From: Giardia intestinalis | Lineage: Eukaryota | Length of the DNA: 64,000 bases | Strand: one strand, 5' to 3' | Assembly (NCBI GenBank): GCA_000002435.2 | Contig: CM018789.1 | Shown here: positions 1-8,261 of the stretch, piece after piece | Layout of the letters: the number at the start of each line of letters is the position of its first letter | Numbering within the stretch: position 1 is the stretch's first letter | The notes under the pieces: generated by a model | Databases searched by the model: none | What the model was told of the DNA's origin: nothing | The model's input: the letters and a program-made list of their open reading frames with translations, nothing else | Program-made: the position numbers and the translations under genes

Positions 1-847
1 ACGATATCCCGTGTGGTGTCGCAAGCATAAATCGCTGAGCATACATGTTGTATCCAATAACTCTGGCCCCTGCCAAGCTAGGTGACGTGTTGAGCACCCT
101 CTTCATATTGAAGGGCGGGTTGTACACTTCCTTGCTGCACTGAGCCGTTAGTGAATAAAGGCCCTTATCGTCAGAGAAAATAAAATGGTTGTCGTACGGG
201 CAATATGAGATAAGGCAGTATTCGGACTCCTTGATCTTTAAGGTTTTGGAGTTAGTGACACGTTCGTCCTTCTGGGAAATTGGCCACACTATAATATGTC
301 GAGCGTTCTTCACTCGAGCTATAGCCACAAGTCTCTCTGAAGAAGAGGTCATAGAGAGGACGCCATCGCTCGCACGCTCGTCTGGAAACTTGTACTTAAT
401 TACGAAGGGGATGGCCGAGCCAGGCCGAATGCGAATCTCACGGATTGACTTTGAAACCTTTGTGTTGAAAAAGACAGACCCCACAGAAGCCGGATCAACC
501 TTTGCTATCAAGATGAACATCGGAGGCCCGTCCTCAAAGGCAGCAGGGACGGATGCGATGAGGCGGCCAGTATGAGACTCGTAGACGCTAATGACCCCGT
601 CAGTGGTAATGCTAAAGAGAGAGTCTCCCAAGAACTGGAGATGCATGACTTGGTTACCGGTGGTAGGGTATGCAAAGAGACGCTTGTTAGACAGAAGAGA
701 AAATGCAAAAAGCCGTGAACCCGACGAGTAGGCAACAAGGTCCTTATCCACGTGAGCGGTGAGAAGGGCGCTCGCGTCCGGTTTAAAGCCCAAGTTGAGT
801 TCGACCTGGGAGAACAGCACCGACATTTTTTGAAAACCTTTGACCAT
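1..847 (-). CDS. N-terminal 282 codons of a protein that continues past the window start (beta-propeller-like N-terminus); not in the ORF track because no stop lies in the window
   Basis: I translated the reverse strand codon by codon from ATG at 845-847 (MVKGFQKMSVLFSQVELNLGFKPD...ARVIGYNMYAQRFMLATPHGIS) down to nt 1 with no stop. Alternating hydrophobic beta-strand-like segments suggest a WD/propeller fold. A second in-frame ATG lies at 824-826. Confidence 0.55.
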   Translation of the reverse strand, partial: MVKGFQKMSVLFSQVELNLGFKPDASALLTAHVDKDLVAYSSGSRLFAFSLLSNKRLFAYPTTGNQVMHLQFLGDSLFSITTDGVISVYESHTGRLIASVPAAFEDGPPMFILIAKVDPASVGSVFFNTKVSKSIREIRIRPGSAIPFVIKYKFPDERASDGVLSMTSSSERLVAIARVKNARHIIVWPISQKDERVTNSKTLKIKESEYCLISYCPYDNHFIFSDDKGLYSLTAQCSKEVYNPPFNMKRVLNTSPSLAGARVIGYNMYAQRFMLATPHGIS

Positions 848-855
848 AAAAGAGC

Positions 856-1377
856 ATGCATCCCGCACACATGTGGGAGGACAAGGCGTACGTTGATCAG
901 GCGTCAAAGATGTACGAAGAATCTGCAAAGCCGCAAACACATCCCACCTATTACGGGATTCCTGAGTATGGCTCCTCGGTGGAGCACGTTGGCGGGCTAT
1001 CCACTGTCGAGACCATGCAGTCTAGAGCTCTGCGCTCATTACCGGCCCCTACTTATCATCCCCCGGGATACTCCGGGGTACCTCCGCTCTTGAAGCAGCC
1101 CTTTCCTTGGGGGGACGTCAATGAACGCCTCGTGGCGATAGAGCTGGGTATGCACGGGGGAGACGAAGGCTATGTGGCCTCACTGGTAAACGAATTCAAA
1201 CCATGGTTTCTGGCTCTCCGTAAGAGGTGCCCCGTGAAAGATCTCACCCGTTTAACCGAGCTCGATACGCGCCTCATGGCCATTGAAGAGTGGCTTGGAA
1301 AGTACACAAACCCCGGTGCGTTTGGGTATTCGGCCCCGCACTACGTGAAAATGATGTCCACCTCGGTGAGTAAATGA
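856..1377 (+). CDS. hypothetical protein (173 aa)
   Basis: ATG-initiated ORF with a varied, non-antisense-like composition. No recognisable motif. It starts only 8 nt from the divergent gene at 847, so the true start may be a downstream Met (871 or 910). Confidence 0.3.
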   Translation: MHPAHMWEDKAYVDQASKMYEESAKPQTHPTYYGIPEYGSSVEHVGGLSTVETMQSRALRSLPAPTYHPPGYSGVPPLLKQPFPWGDVNERLVAIELGMHGGDEGYVASLVNEFKPWFLALRKRCPVKDLTRLTELDTRLMAIEEWLGKYTNPGAFGYSAPHYVKMMSTSVSK

Positions 1378-1416
1378 CCGATTACCAAAAAAAGGGTCGG
1401 ATTGAAAGAGCCGCCT

Positions 1417-4400
1417 ATGATTGGGTTCGCTTCTAGGCAGGAGAGGAGTATTGTTCTGGGGGACCAGCATCTCTACTGGACCATCATACGTAATCCAGGT
1501 TTCCTTTCCCCCCTTGATCATGCCATTCAGTCGGCAGACATCCTCCGTTTACTTAAGACCCAAGGCTTTCTGCAAGCTTTAGAAACAGAGCAGGATAGTG
1601 TAATAGCATTTCTTACTACGAGGCATAGCATTCATATGATCCTAAGCACACTGCTTCAGGACATTCAGCCGCCACTAAGGGCTATTACAAAGCTGTCAGA
1701 GGCATGCCCTAGGTCTAAATATACGGAAGCTGATATCATTGCCATAGATAATCTACTTCAGACTGCGCGGTTTGGCACCAAGTTTTACGACGTCCTTCTG
1801 CGTTCTGAGGAGCTCCCCAAGTTCTTTAGCCGTTGGGTAGAAAGCGATATGTGCCTAATTCCCCGTCAATCTGAGCGATTTGCATCCTTTATTAAGTATA
1901 TCGTCTGGCACGAAAGCCGTCGCATGCAATTCATTGAAGTCCTTTCTTCCGCCTTGTCCAAGCCGCAGTGGGACAGCCTTCTTATGTGCACTTGTAACCA
2001 CCATGTGGTAGACTCTCTCACTGCAATCTTCCAAATCTGCATGCCTCTTGGCGATACCGATACTGATAAGACCCTTGCAGCTCGGGCTTATGCAGTCATA
2101 GGGCCCCACTTTCAACTCAATGATGTTCTAGTGTGCGAGCTTGCTCGCTGCATAGAACGCGGGAGTGTTGGCTACCTTGAGTCGATGAGATTCGAGAGCC
2201 TCTGCGCGTTCATTTCCGAAATGATACCCTACAATCATCCCCTACTGCAGTCCAGCTTTTATAGCTGTATCTGTACCCTGGCTCAGTTTCTTTTTCGAGA
2301 TAGCCTGGTGATAACAGAGTCCAACGAGTACGTTCATGCCACTCTAAACGCGATTGGAACGACAGTTGTTTCAGCGATGAGCTTTCTTATGCGGTCTACA
2401 CACAGCTACTTACGGAAGCCTGAGGTGATCGCTGAAGTCCAAAGCCTACTCTGTCAATACAGCAATTCCCAAGAGTTGTATACTTCGAAAAGAAGCAATA
2501 GAACTCCGCAGCTGAACGATAAAAAGTATCATGCAGTAGATTACCGAGCTGCCACCAGTTCCTTTTCGGTGAATTCTACGATAATGGATAGCTCTGATTT
2601 GGAGCGATGTTTACGGTCTAGTGTTGAACCTTCCAAGAAGGTGTCTAGATTAACAAGTCCATTTGTTAGGCGTTTACAGAACAAGGTGCATAGTGGTGCT
2701 GATTCTAGAGAGAGCTCAGCATCCCTGTGCCTCACCCTCACACGGTTGCAGCCAGCTGTTCTCGACCAACTTCAAGCAATGATACCGCACGCATCTGTGC
2801 TCTCTATGCTTTGGGATCTTTTTTCTGATAAAAATGAGCAGCTTGTCGAGTATTGCTACGCTAATTATGTCAAATATATCTTGCACTTTTATGAAGACGA
2901 CGAGAACCATATAGGACGGATCCGTCAAAGCCTAGAGTCTACCCTTTCTACAACAGGCTTTTCAAGCAGTGAGAAGAGCGTGTCGGACTACGAGTCTAAA
3001 CTAAGTTATCAGTCAGCAGATTGTACCTATGAGAAAAGTGAGTCTTCTAGGTCAGCTGCTGCTACGTACCATCCTGTTATAGGCAGACCTGTCAACCGTG
3101 TATTAACAGCGTCGTCTGCGGTCAGTGATATCGGTCAACCTTTTGTAGATGCAGGTGCAACAGCAATTCACACGGCAGAGCCTGTCATTGATCATAGAGA
3201 CCAGTCCTATCTCTGTGCTAGCCCACCGATCTCACACTCCCGGTCTCTCTCATATGCAGGGAAAGGCAAATTTAAGGGTCTCCGTCGGCCAGAGAAAGAC
3301 GGCTTCTCGCTTTCAAATAATAGCTTCACCAACATATACAGACTCAGCAACCAATGCGAGCAGTCATCCTTCGATCAGGTCTTCCCCTCAGATGAAGATT
3401 CAAACCGGCGACAAAGATCCGCCACTAGATCAAAACCGATCAAGCCCAAGAAGCTTTTATCACGATACAACCCTTTTATAAAGGCTCACAGAACTGACTA
3501 TCTCCGTGGCCTACAGGAAGAGCTAAACCAGACTTGCCAACTCTTTCTCAACAAGACTCCGGAGCCCCTTCAGCTCTCTCTTATCATCCGTCTCAACTAC
3601 CTAGCACGCATCTTATCCATTGTAGCAGATGTGCGTTGCTTGCAATACTTTACTTCTTCAGATAGGGAGCCGATTTCCGCATTCAACAACTCGGTACGGC
3701 AGCCGGATGAGTCTATAGGCTATATGGCCAACTACTCGGCTGAGCTCCCGCCGACGGCAGAGTGTGGTTGTGGAGGACCATCAGAAGTCTTATTGAGAGA
3801 TCTCTTTGACTTCTACGATAGTTATCAAATGCCATATAGTCCTTTAGAGTTGTCTGCTCAACTTCTCAAGATAAAGCACCTCTTCCCATTGATTGACTGT
3901 CTCGGGCCAGTATACAGAAACTCCCATATGGTGAACTTATTAGCCAATCGCTTTCGGTATTGCGCGCTGGACCTTAGCACATTCTATCCAGAGCTGCTTG
4001 GGATCCTGTTCCCTCTTACCGTTGAGAGATATGATAGCTTTACGGCAGCAATTGCCATGTCCTCTTCTCCTGAACTAAGACGCTCTACCTTCTGTGCCCA
4101 TCTCTTGAGCAGCGTCAGAGCCATGTTGCGAAAGGCAGCAGGAATCACCGATGAGGATCTATACAAGAGCCGCTTTGTACAGCTCCAAACCTTTGCGACC
4201 ACGTTGAATATTGCACCAGAGCCTGCTACCGATTTCCCGATAACTCCTGTGGCCCCTACCAAACACCTCCGAGGGTTCACTGACTCTCAGCTTGGAAGGG
4301 GGGCAAAAAGAGCTTCTGGAGAGGTCCGCTCAATGGTGCAGTCAACTCTGCAAATGGATAGGAAACCATCGCGGTCTATCTTAGGCATGTGCGGAAGGTC

Positions 4401-5229
4401 TGATCGATACCAGAACAGTAGCATAGACTTTACCCAGTCTGAACTAATTTCCGTAAGCAGCCCCACACAACAGCACCGTACAGGAAAGCGAGAAATGGGC
4501 CTGCCGTCTAATAATGTAGAGGATTCTTCCCTCAACTTCGCCACCAATTCTATTGCAGAGTGGGAGAACGTCAAGTCTCCCAGCTCATCTGCTCGCAAGA
4601 AGAAGTCCATGAAGTTCGGGCTTTCATTGGATCTTCCATCCGATCCTAATCCGCCGAGAGAGGTAGTGGTCCCATGGACTGTCAAAGAACTCTTTGATAT
4701 CATACGCGATAGCAAAGTATCTACCGATGCTATCGATCGGAGGTGCCTTGACATATGTATGAAGCGGAAGGATGTTCAGCTACTTAACAAGCTCTACTTA
4801 AATACTGCCTGCAAGCAACGAAACTTTGCAGATGATCATGGCAACTTCATGTCTGCTATGCTTTCGTACAATCGCCCCGATAGCGCAGAAGATGAACAGC
4901 AAAGCATCTTCACGGAGTCCTTCATCTTGGAAGTTCGTGAAAAGAGACAGAGGAGCCGAGAGCCCAAAACACAATTACCGACCACAGCCCAGCAAATTAA
5001 AGCCCAAAGGGAGATCGACCTCGACACGCTCTTATCCGATTCTGTAATTAGAATTGGAACCAACTCTACAGACAATCCTCAGAAGCTATCAGTCACAGGA
5101 AGCACACTGCGGCTAACAACCCAGGAGAAGAGCGGCGAAGACCCACCTGTTTGCGTGCGGCGTCTAACACATAACGATGATAGCGACTACCTTAATATGT
5201 TCAAGGATATTTGTGACGAGCAGGCCTAG
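1417..5229 (+). CDS. large hypothetical protein (~1270 aa), Ser-rich central region
   Basis: 3.8-kb uninterrupted ORF. The track start 1402 is TTG and the first ATG is 1417 (MIGFASRQ). AGTAAAT polyA-signal-like motif at 5249-5255, 20 nt after the stop. No motif I can name. Confidence 0.6.
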   Translation: MIGFASRQERSIVLGDQHLYWTIIRNPGFLSPLDHAIQSADILRLLKTQGFLQALETEQDSVIAFLTTRHSIHMILSTLLQDIQPPLRAITKLSEACPRSKYTEADIIAIDNLLQTARFGTKFYDVLLRSEELPKFFSRWVESDMCLIPRQSERFASFIKYIVWHESRRMQFIEVLSSALSKPQWDSLLMCTCNHHVVDSLTAIFQICMPLGDTDTDKTLAARAYAVIGPHFQLNDVLVCELARCIERGSVGYLESMRFESLCAFISEMIPYNHPLLQSSFYSCICTLAQFLFRDSLVITESNEYVHATLNAIGTTVVSAMSFLMRSTHSYLRKPEVIAEVQSLLCQYSNSQELYTSKRSNRTPQLNDKKYHAVDYRAATSSFSVNSTIMDSSDLERCLRSSVEPSKKVSRLTSPFVRRLQNKVHSGADSRESSASLCLTLTRLQPAVLDQLQAMIPHASVLSMLWDLFSDKNEQLVEYCYANYVKYILHFYEDDENHIGRIRQSLESTLSTTGFSSSEKSVSDYESKLSYQSADCTYEKSESSRSAAATYHPVIGRPVNRVLTASSAVSDIGQPFVDAGATAIHTAEPVIDHRDQSYLCASPPISHSRSLSYAGKGKFKGLRRPEKDGFSLSNNSFTNIYRLSNQCEQSSFDQVFPSDEDSNRRQRSATRSKPIKPKKLLSRYNPFIKAHRTDYLRGLQEELNQTCQLFLNKTPEPLQLSLIIRLNYLARILSIVADVRCLQYFTSSDREPISAFNNSVRQPDESIGYMANYSAELPPTAECGCGGPSEVLLRDLFDFYDSYQMPYSPLELSAQLLKIKHLFPLIDCLGPVYRNSHMVNLLANRFRYCALDLSTFYPELLGILFPLTVERYDSFTAAIAMSSSPELRRSTFCAHLLSSVRAMLRKAAGITDEDLYKSRFVQLQTFATTLNIAPEPATDFPITPVAPTKHLRGFTDSQLGRGAKRASGEVRSMVQSTLQMDRKPSRSILGMCGRSDRYQNSSIDFTQSELISVSSPTQQHRTGKREMGLPSNNVEDSSLNFATNSIAEWENVKSPSSSARKKKSMKFGLSLDLPSDPNPPREVVVPWTVKELFDIIRDSKVSTDAIDRRCLDICMKRKDVQLLNKLYLNTACKQRNFADDHGNFMSAMLSYNRPDSAEDEQQSIFTESFILEVREKRQRSREPKTQLPTTAQQIKAQREIDLDTLLSDSVIRIGTNSTDNPQKLSVTGSTLRLTTQEKSGEDPPVCVRRLTHNDDSDYLNMFKDICDEQA

Positions 5230-5248
5230 TGCTGTCTCAGACACGTAG

Positions 5249-5255
5249 AGTAAAT
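5249..5255 (+). promoter_or_regulatory. Giardia polyadenylation signal AGTRAAY (AGTAAAT) downstream of stop codon 5227-5229
   Basis: Exact AGTRAAY match 20 nt after TAG. Giardia 3' UTRs are typically 10-30 nt with this signal. Confidence 0.5.
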
Positions 5256-5350
5256 CGATATACAAATAAATCTAGGCATTCAAACATTCCTTAAAATTTG
5301 CCCACTGACTAAGAAAAAACACAAGAAAATACAAGTCATAGGGAGGCCAT

Positions 5351-7627
5351 ATGATACCATCCCTAGAGGACGGGCGTGTCTGTGATAACAGCTGTATAGG
5401 TTCTCAGCGAGTATTCTGGTCTATTCTTAGTGGGTTCAGCCTGCCCAAGGGAGTCTTTGATTTCATTGACGAGGGGGATCTGATTCGGCTTATTACACAT
5501 CAACACTTTCTTTCGGAGGTACAAGCGCGCAACCCTTCAGTGATGGCCTTTCTAAAGGACAAAACTACGCTAGTTCGTCTTCCTCGCATTCTCTTTGGTC
5601 CATCGCCCCTCGACTTCGCTTTGCCTCTCGAGACAAAAGCTATTTTAGTCCGTGACCAGGATTTTCTGCAGAAAAAAGAGGCTGAGCACAAAGGTTTCCG
5701 CACAGAAGTGGCTGCTATAATAGTTCAGCTCTTTTCGGCATTTGAGCATACGACAGACTTTATAGAATGCTATATGACTAAAGAGATGCTTCCACATCTT
5801 GTGTACATAGGGTACATGAGCTTACAGCAGGAGCGTCGCGATAAGGTGATCGAACAGCAAATGTTACTCACCAATTTTGCCAGTCTTCTCAAGTCAATAT
5901 TCCAGAAGGACGACAGATATAAGATGTTTTTCACTTTGCTGCCTGGGATAGAGAGCGGCTATCTCCTCACAAAGTTAATATACTTTGCTCCTTGGCCTGC
6001 CATAGAAGATATTCTAGTCTTTATGTCCATTCGCCGCCTGAAGAATCCCCAATACGAGCACGATCTTGTCAGATTTTTAGACAAGTGGAATCCACTCTCA
6101 GTATTCGCTAGTCTCCTCACGGGTCAACGGGAGTCTTACATGCCGTCATCTTACTTGGATGGCTGTAAAAACTACTTTACTCAGTTCATCTCTCAACACA
6201 CCGGCCCTCTTGCCACGGCAGTGATACTTTCTTCTAGTGTGAAGCTGATCGCCAAGTACATAGGGATGGCACTTAGAGGAGACCAACTGGAGCGGCTAAC
6301 TGAGGTGTGGCTCTGTGTTGTTGGCCAGTGCCTAATCAAGATACAGAGGCTTCTGATGTTTTATAGCCAGGACATCCTGGACAAAGTCCGCAATGACACT
6401 GTCGACCTATCTTTGCCGTTTGACGACATAACCTGCATAGAGGACCCAACTACACATATTCCTATATCTCGTCAGCTTCTCAAGTGGGTCCTGGAGCGCC
6501 CACCATCGCCAGCCCCTGAGCTCCAGCCCTTGCTGGTAGGAACACATGGAGAACAGCTCCTCCATTCAGTCACAGAAGAGGCGAAAAGCGTCTTAGCATA
6601 TATCGATGTGGCAGAAGAATTCGTTCAGCTTATTCCCATATATGCACAACGACTGGCCGATCTTGCCCAAGAAACCCCAGATGAGTCGCAGGGACGCTTT
6701 TCGCTGCTCCTAGAATATGCTCGGTTCTTTGCCCGGATAGTTTCCATCCCTGCAAGCATGAAGGCGCACATTTACGACATGCTTAAGGGCTGCGGACCGA
6801 CTTCAGAGTTTAATGGGACCGGAACTGGGGTCTCTAACGAGATCTACCTGTCTCTGGATGGCTCTCAATATGCCGATCTTCCAGAAACAGCCTTAGCGTC
6901 TGTAGGGGGGACCTCTGAGGTAGAACTGAAAGCCACGTCGTTCTTGGCTGGCCGAGTGCGCTTACCTTACTCCCCGATTAATATTATAGAGGTAATTGAC
7001 AATACTGGGATCCCTGCTACTCTCCTAAGCCTACTCACCACGTATAGAGGTGGGCAGTGTGCGCACTCATCCACCCTAGGATTCTATGTATTCCGAGTAC
7101 TTAAAGTTATCCTAGCATATAGCAGATTTAATAGCAGCTTAGTGACGCGTGTCTTTTCCACACACGGGATGGAGGATCTAATTTTCAGCCTTTGCAAGAC
7201 TGACTTGACACCAGAACAGAAGTCGTTGCTTCCATTTGTCCGCGATTTTGTCTTGACAGCATTTAGGCTTGCTGCTGGAATACCCGATATGCACCTTTAC
7301 ACTCATAAAAAGAGAAACGTGTCCCTTCGTGGTGACTCCACGTCTGGCCAAGGCCGGGCATTCGTCCCCGAAACCGTTGCGCAGATCGAAGAAATGATTT
7401 ATAACATGGATGAGGCCAATATGAATCTATTAATGTACCTACAAGAGTCACCAATAATCAAGACCTTCAATGATATCCACTGCGCTCCACTGGCTGCGCG
7501 GAAAACTGTGTTTTCGGACAGCAGCGATGTCTCCTCCTCGAGAGGTGTCGACGGAAGTGGAAAAAAGCGGTGTCTAGCTGACCAAAGCGCCATCGACTCC
7601 TTGACGGCGAGTATTCAATCTTGGTAG
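5351..7627 (+). CDS. hypothetical protein (758 aa)
   Basis: ATG at 5351 verified, long ORF, AT-rich 120-nt upstream spacer. No recognisable domain. Confidence 0.6.
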   Translation: MIPSLEDGRVCDNSCIGSQRVFWSILSGFSLPKGVFDFIDEGDLIRLITHQHFLSEVQARNPSVMAFLKDKTTLVRLPRILFGPSPLDFALPLETKAILVRDQDFLQKKEAEHKGFRTEVAAIIVQLFSAFEHTTDFIECYMTKEMLPHLVYIGYMSLQQERRDKVIEQQMLLTNFASLLKSIFQKDDRYKMFFTLLPGIESGYLLTKLIYFAPWPAIEDILVFMSIRRLKNPQYEHDLVRFLDKWNPLSVFASLLTGQRESYMPSSYLDGCKNYFTQFISQHTGPLATAVILSSSVKLIAKYIGMALRGDQLERLTEVWLCVVGQCLIKIQRLLMFYSQDILDKVRNDTVDLSLPFDDITCIEDPTTHIPISRQLLKWVLERPPSPAPELQPLLVGTHGEQLLHSVTEEAKSVLAYIDVAEEFVQLIPIYAQRLADLAQETPDESQGRFSLLLEYARFFARIVSIPASMKAHIYDMLKGCGPTSEFNGTGTGVSNEIYLSLDGSQYADLPETALASVGGTSEVELKATSFLAGRVRLPYSPINIIEVIDNTGIPATLLSLLTTYRGGQCAHSSTLGFYVFRVLKVILAYSRFNSSLVTRVFSTHGMEDLIFSLCKTDLTPEQKSLLPFVRDFVLTAFRLAAGIPDMHLYTHKKRNVSLRGDSTSGQGRAFVPETVAQIEEMIYNMDEANMNLLMYLQESPIIKTFNDIHCAPLAARKTVFSDSSDVSSSRGVDGSGKKRCLADQSAIDSLTASIQSW

Positions 7628-7647
7628 CCCTTGTAAACAGAAAATAA

Positions 7648-8142
7648 ATGGCTCTCTCAATGAGAAATGACGTCTCTAGCAGAATCTTGGATATTAGCAG
7701 ACGCTCCATTGCAATAGGGGTGACAACGGCAGGGGCGTCGCTGGCATCGCGCCTCGTCTCCTCGTTATTTCATCCCAGGCGGGCCAAAAAGGCGACAGAC
7801 ACACCTTTTAAAAGTGCGGTCACTGCCGGTGCAACAGCCGCTTTATCAAATCAGCTGTCGGAGTGTACAACCATGGCGCTAAATGGGGCGACCCAGAGCC
7901 ATGGGGTCCTCAACAACATGGCAGCCGCCGCCGTCAGTGCAGCAGTGCTATCTCAGCTTACTCACCAGCAATCGCTTCGCAGGGTTGCGCTTGCCCCTGT
8001 ACACGTGGGTTTATCCTCTATGCTCTTTACCGAAGAACCCCTGCACTCCCGTCTTCCCTTGCAAATAAACAAGAGGTACTTTGGGCTCAGACAGTTTCTA
8101 CTCGATCCACCCATAAGGAAGTCGGATGGTCAGCAGCCTTAG
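7648..8142 (+). CDS. small Ala/Ser-rich hypothetical protein (164 aa) in an unusually long 634-nt gap
   Basis: ATG at 7648 preceded by AAACAGAAAATAA (AT-rich initiator-like). Composition is not antisense-like. No motif. Confidence 0.3.
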   Translation: MALSMRNDVSSRILDISRRSIAIGVTTAGASLASRLVSSLFHPRRAKKATDTPFKSAVTAGATAALSNQLSECTTMALNGATQSHGVLNNMAAAAVSAAVLSQLTHQQSLRRVALAPVHVGLSSMLFTEEPLHSRLPLQINKRYFGLRQFLLDPPIRKSDGQQP

Positions 8143-8261
8143 TAAGGAATGCTTCTAGCATCAGCGCTGACTTTGTCTTCCAGGGACGCCTGAACATACG
8201 TCCAGTTTTGCATGGCAAAAAGTTTCAGGCTTTGAATTAGTACTTCTTTTCTGCGCCACTG

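Noticed and set aside
189-870. Track ORFs 189..575 (+) and 508..870 (-, GTG start)
   Set aside because: Both overlap the verified edge-truncated minus-strand reading frame 1..847 in other frames. 508..870 begins with GTG and has an antisense-like composition.
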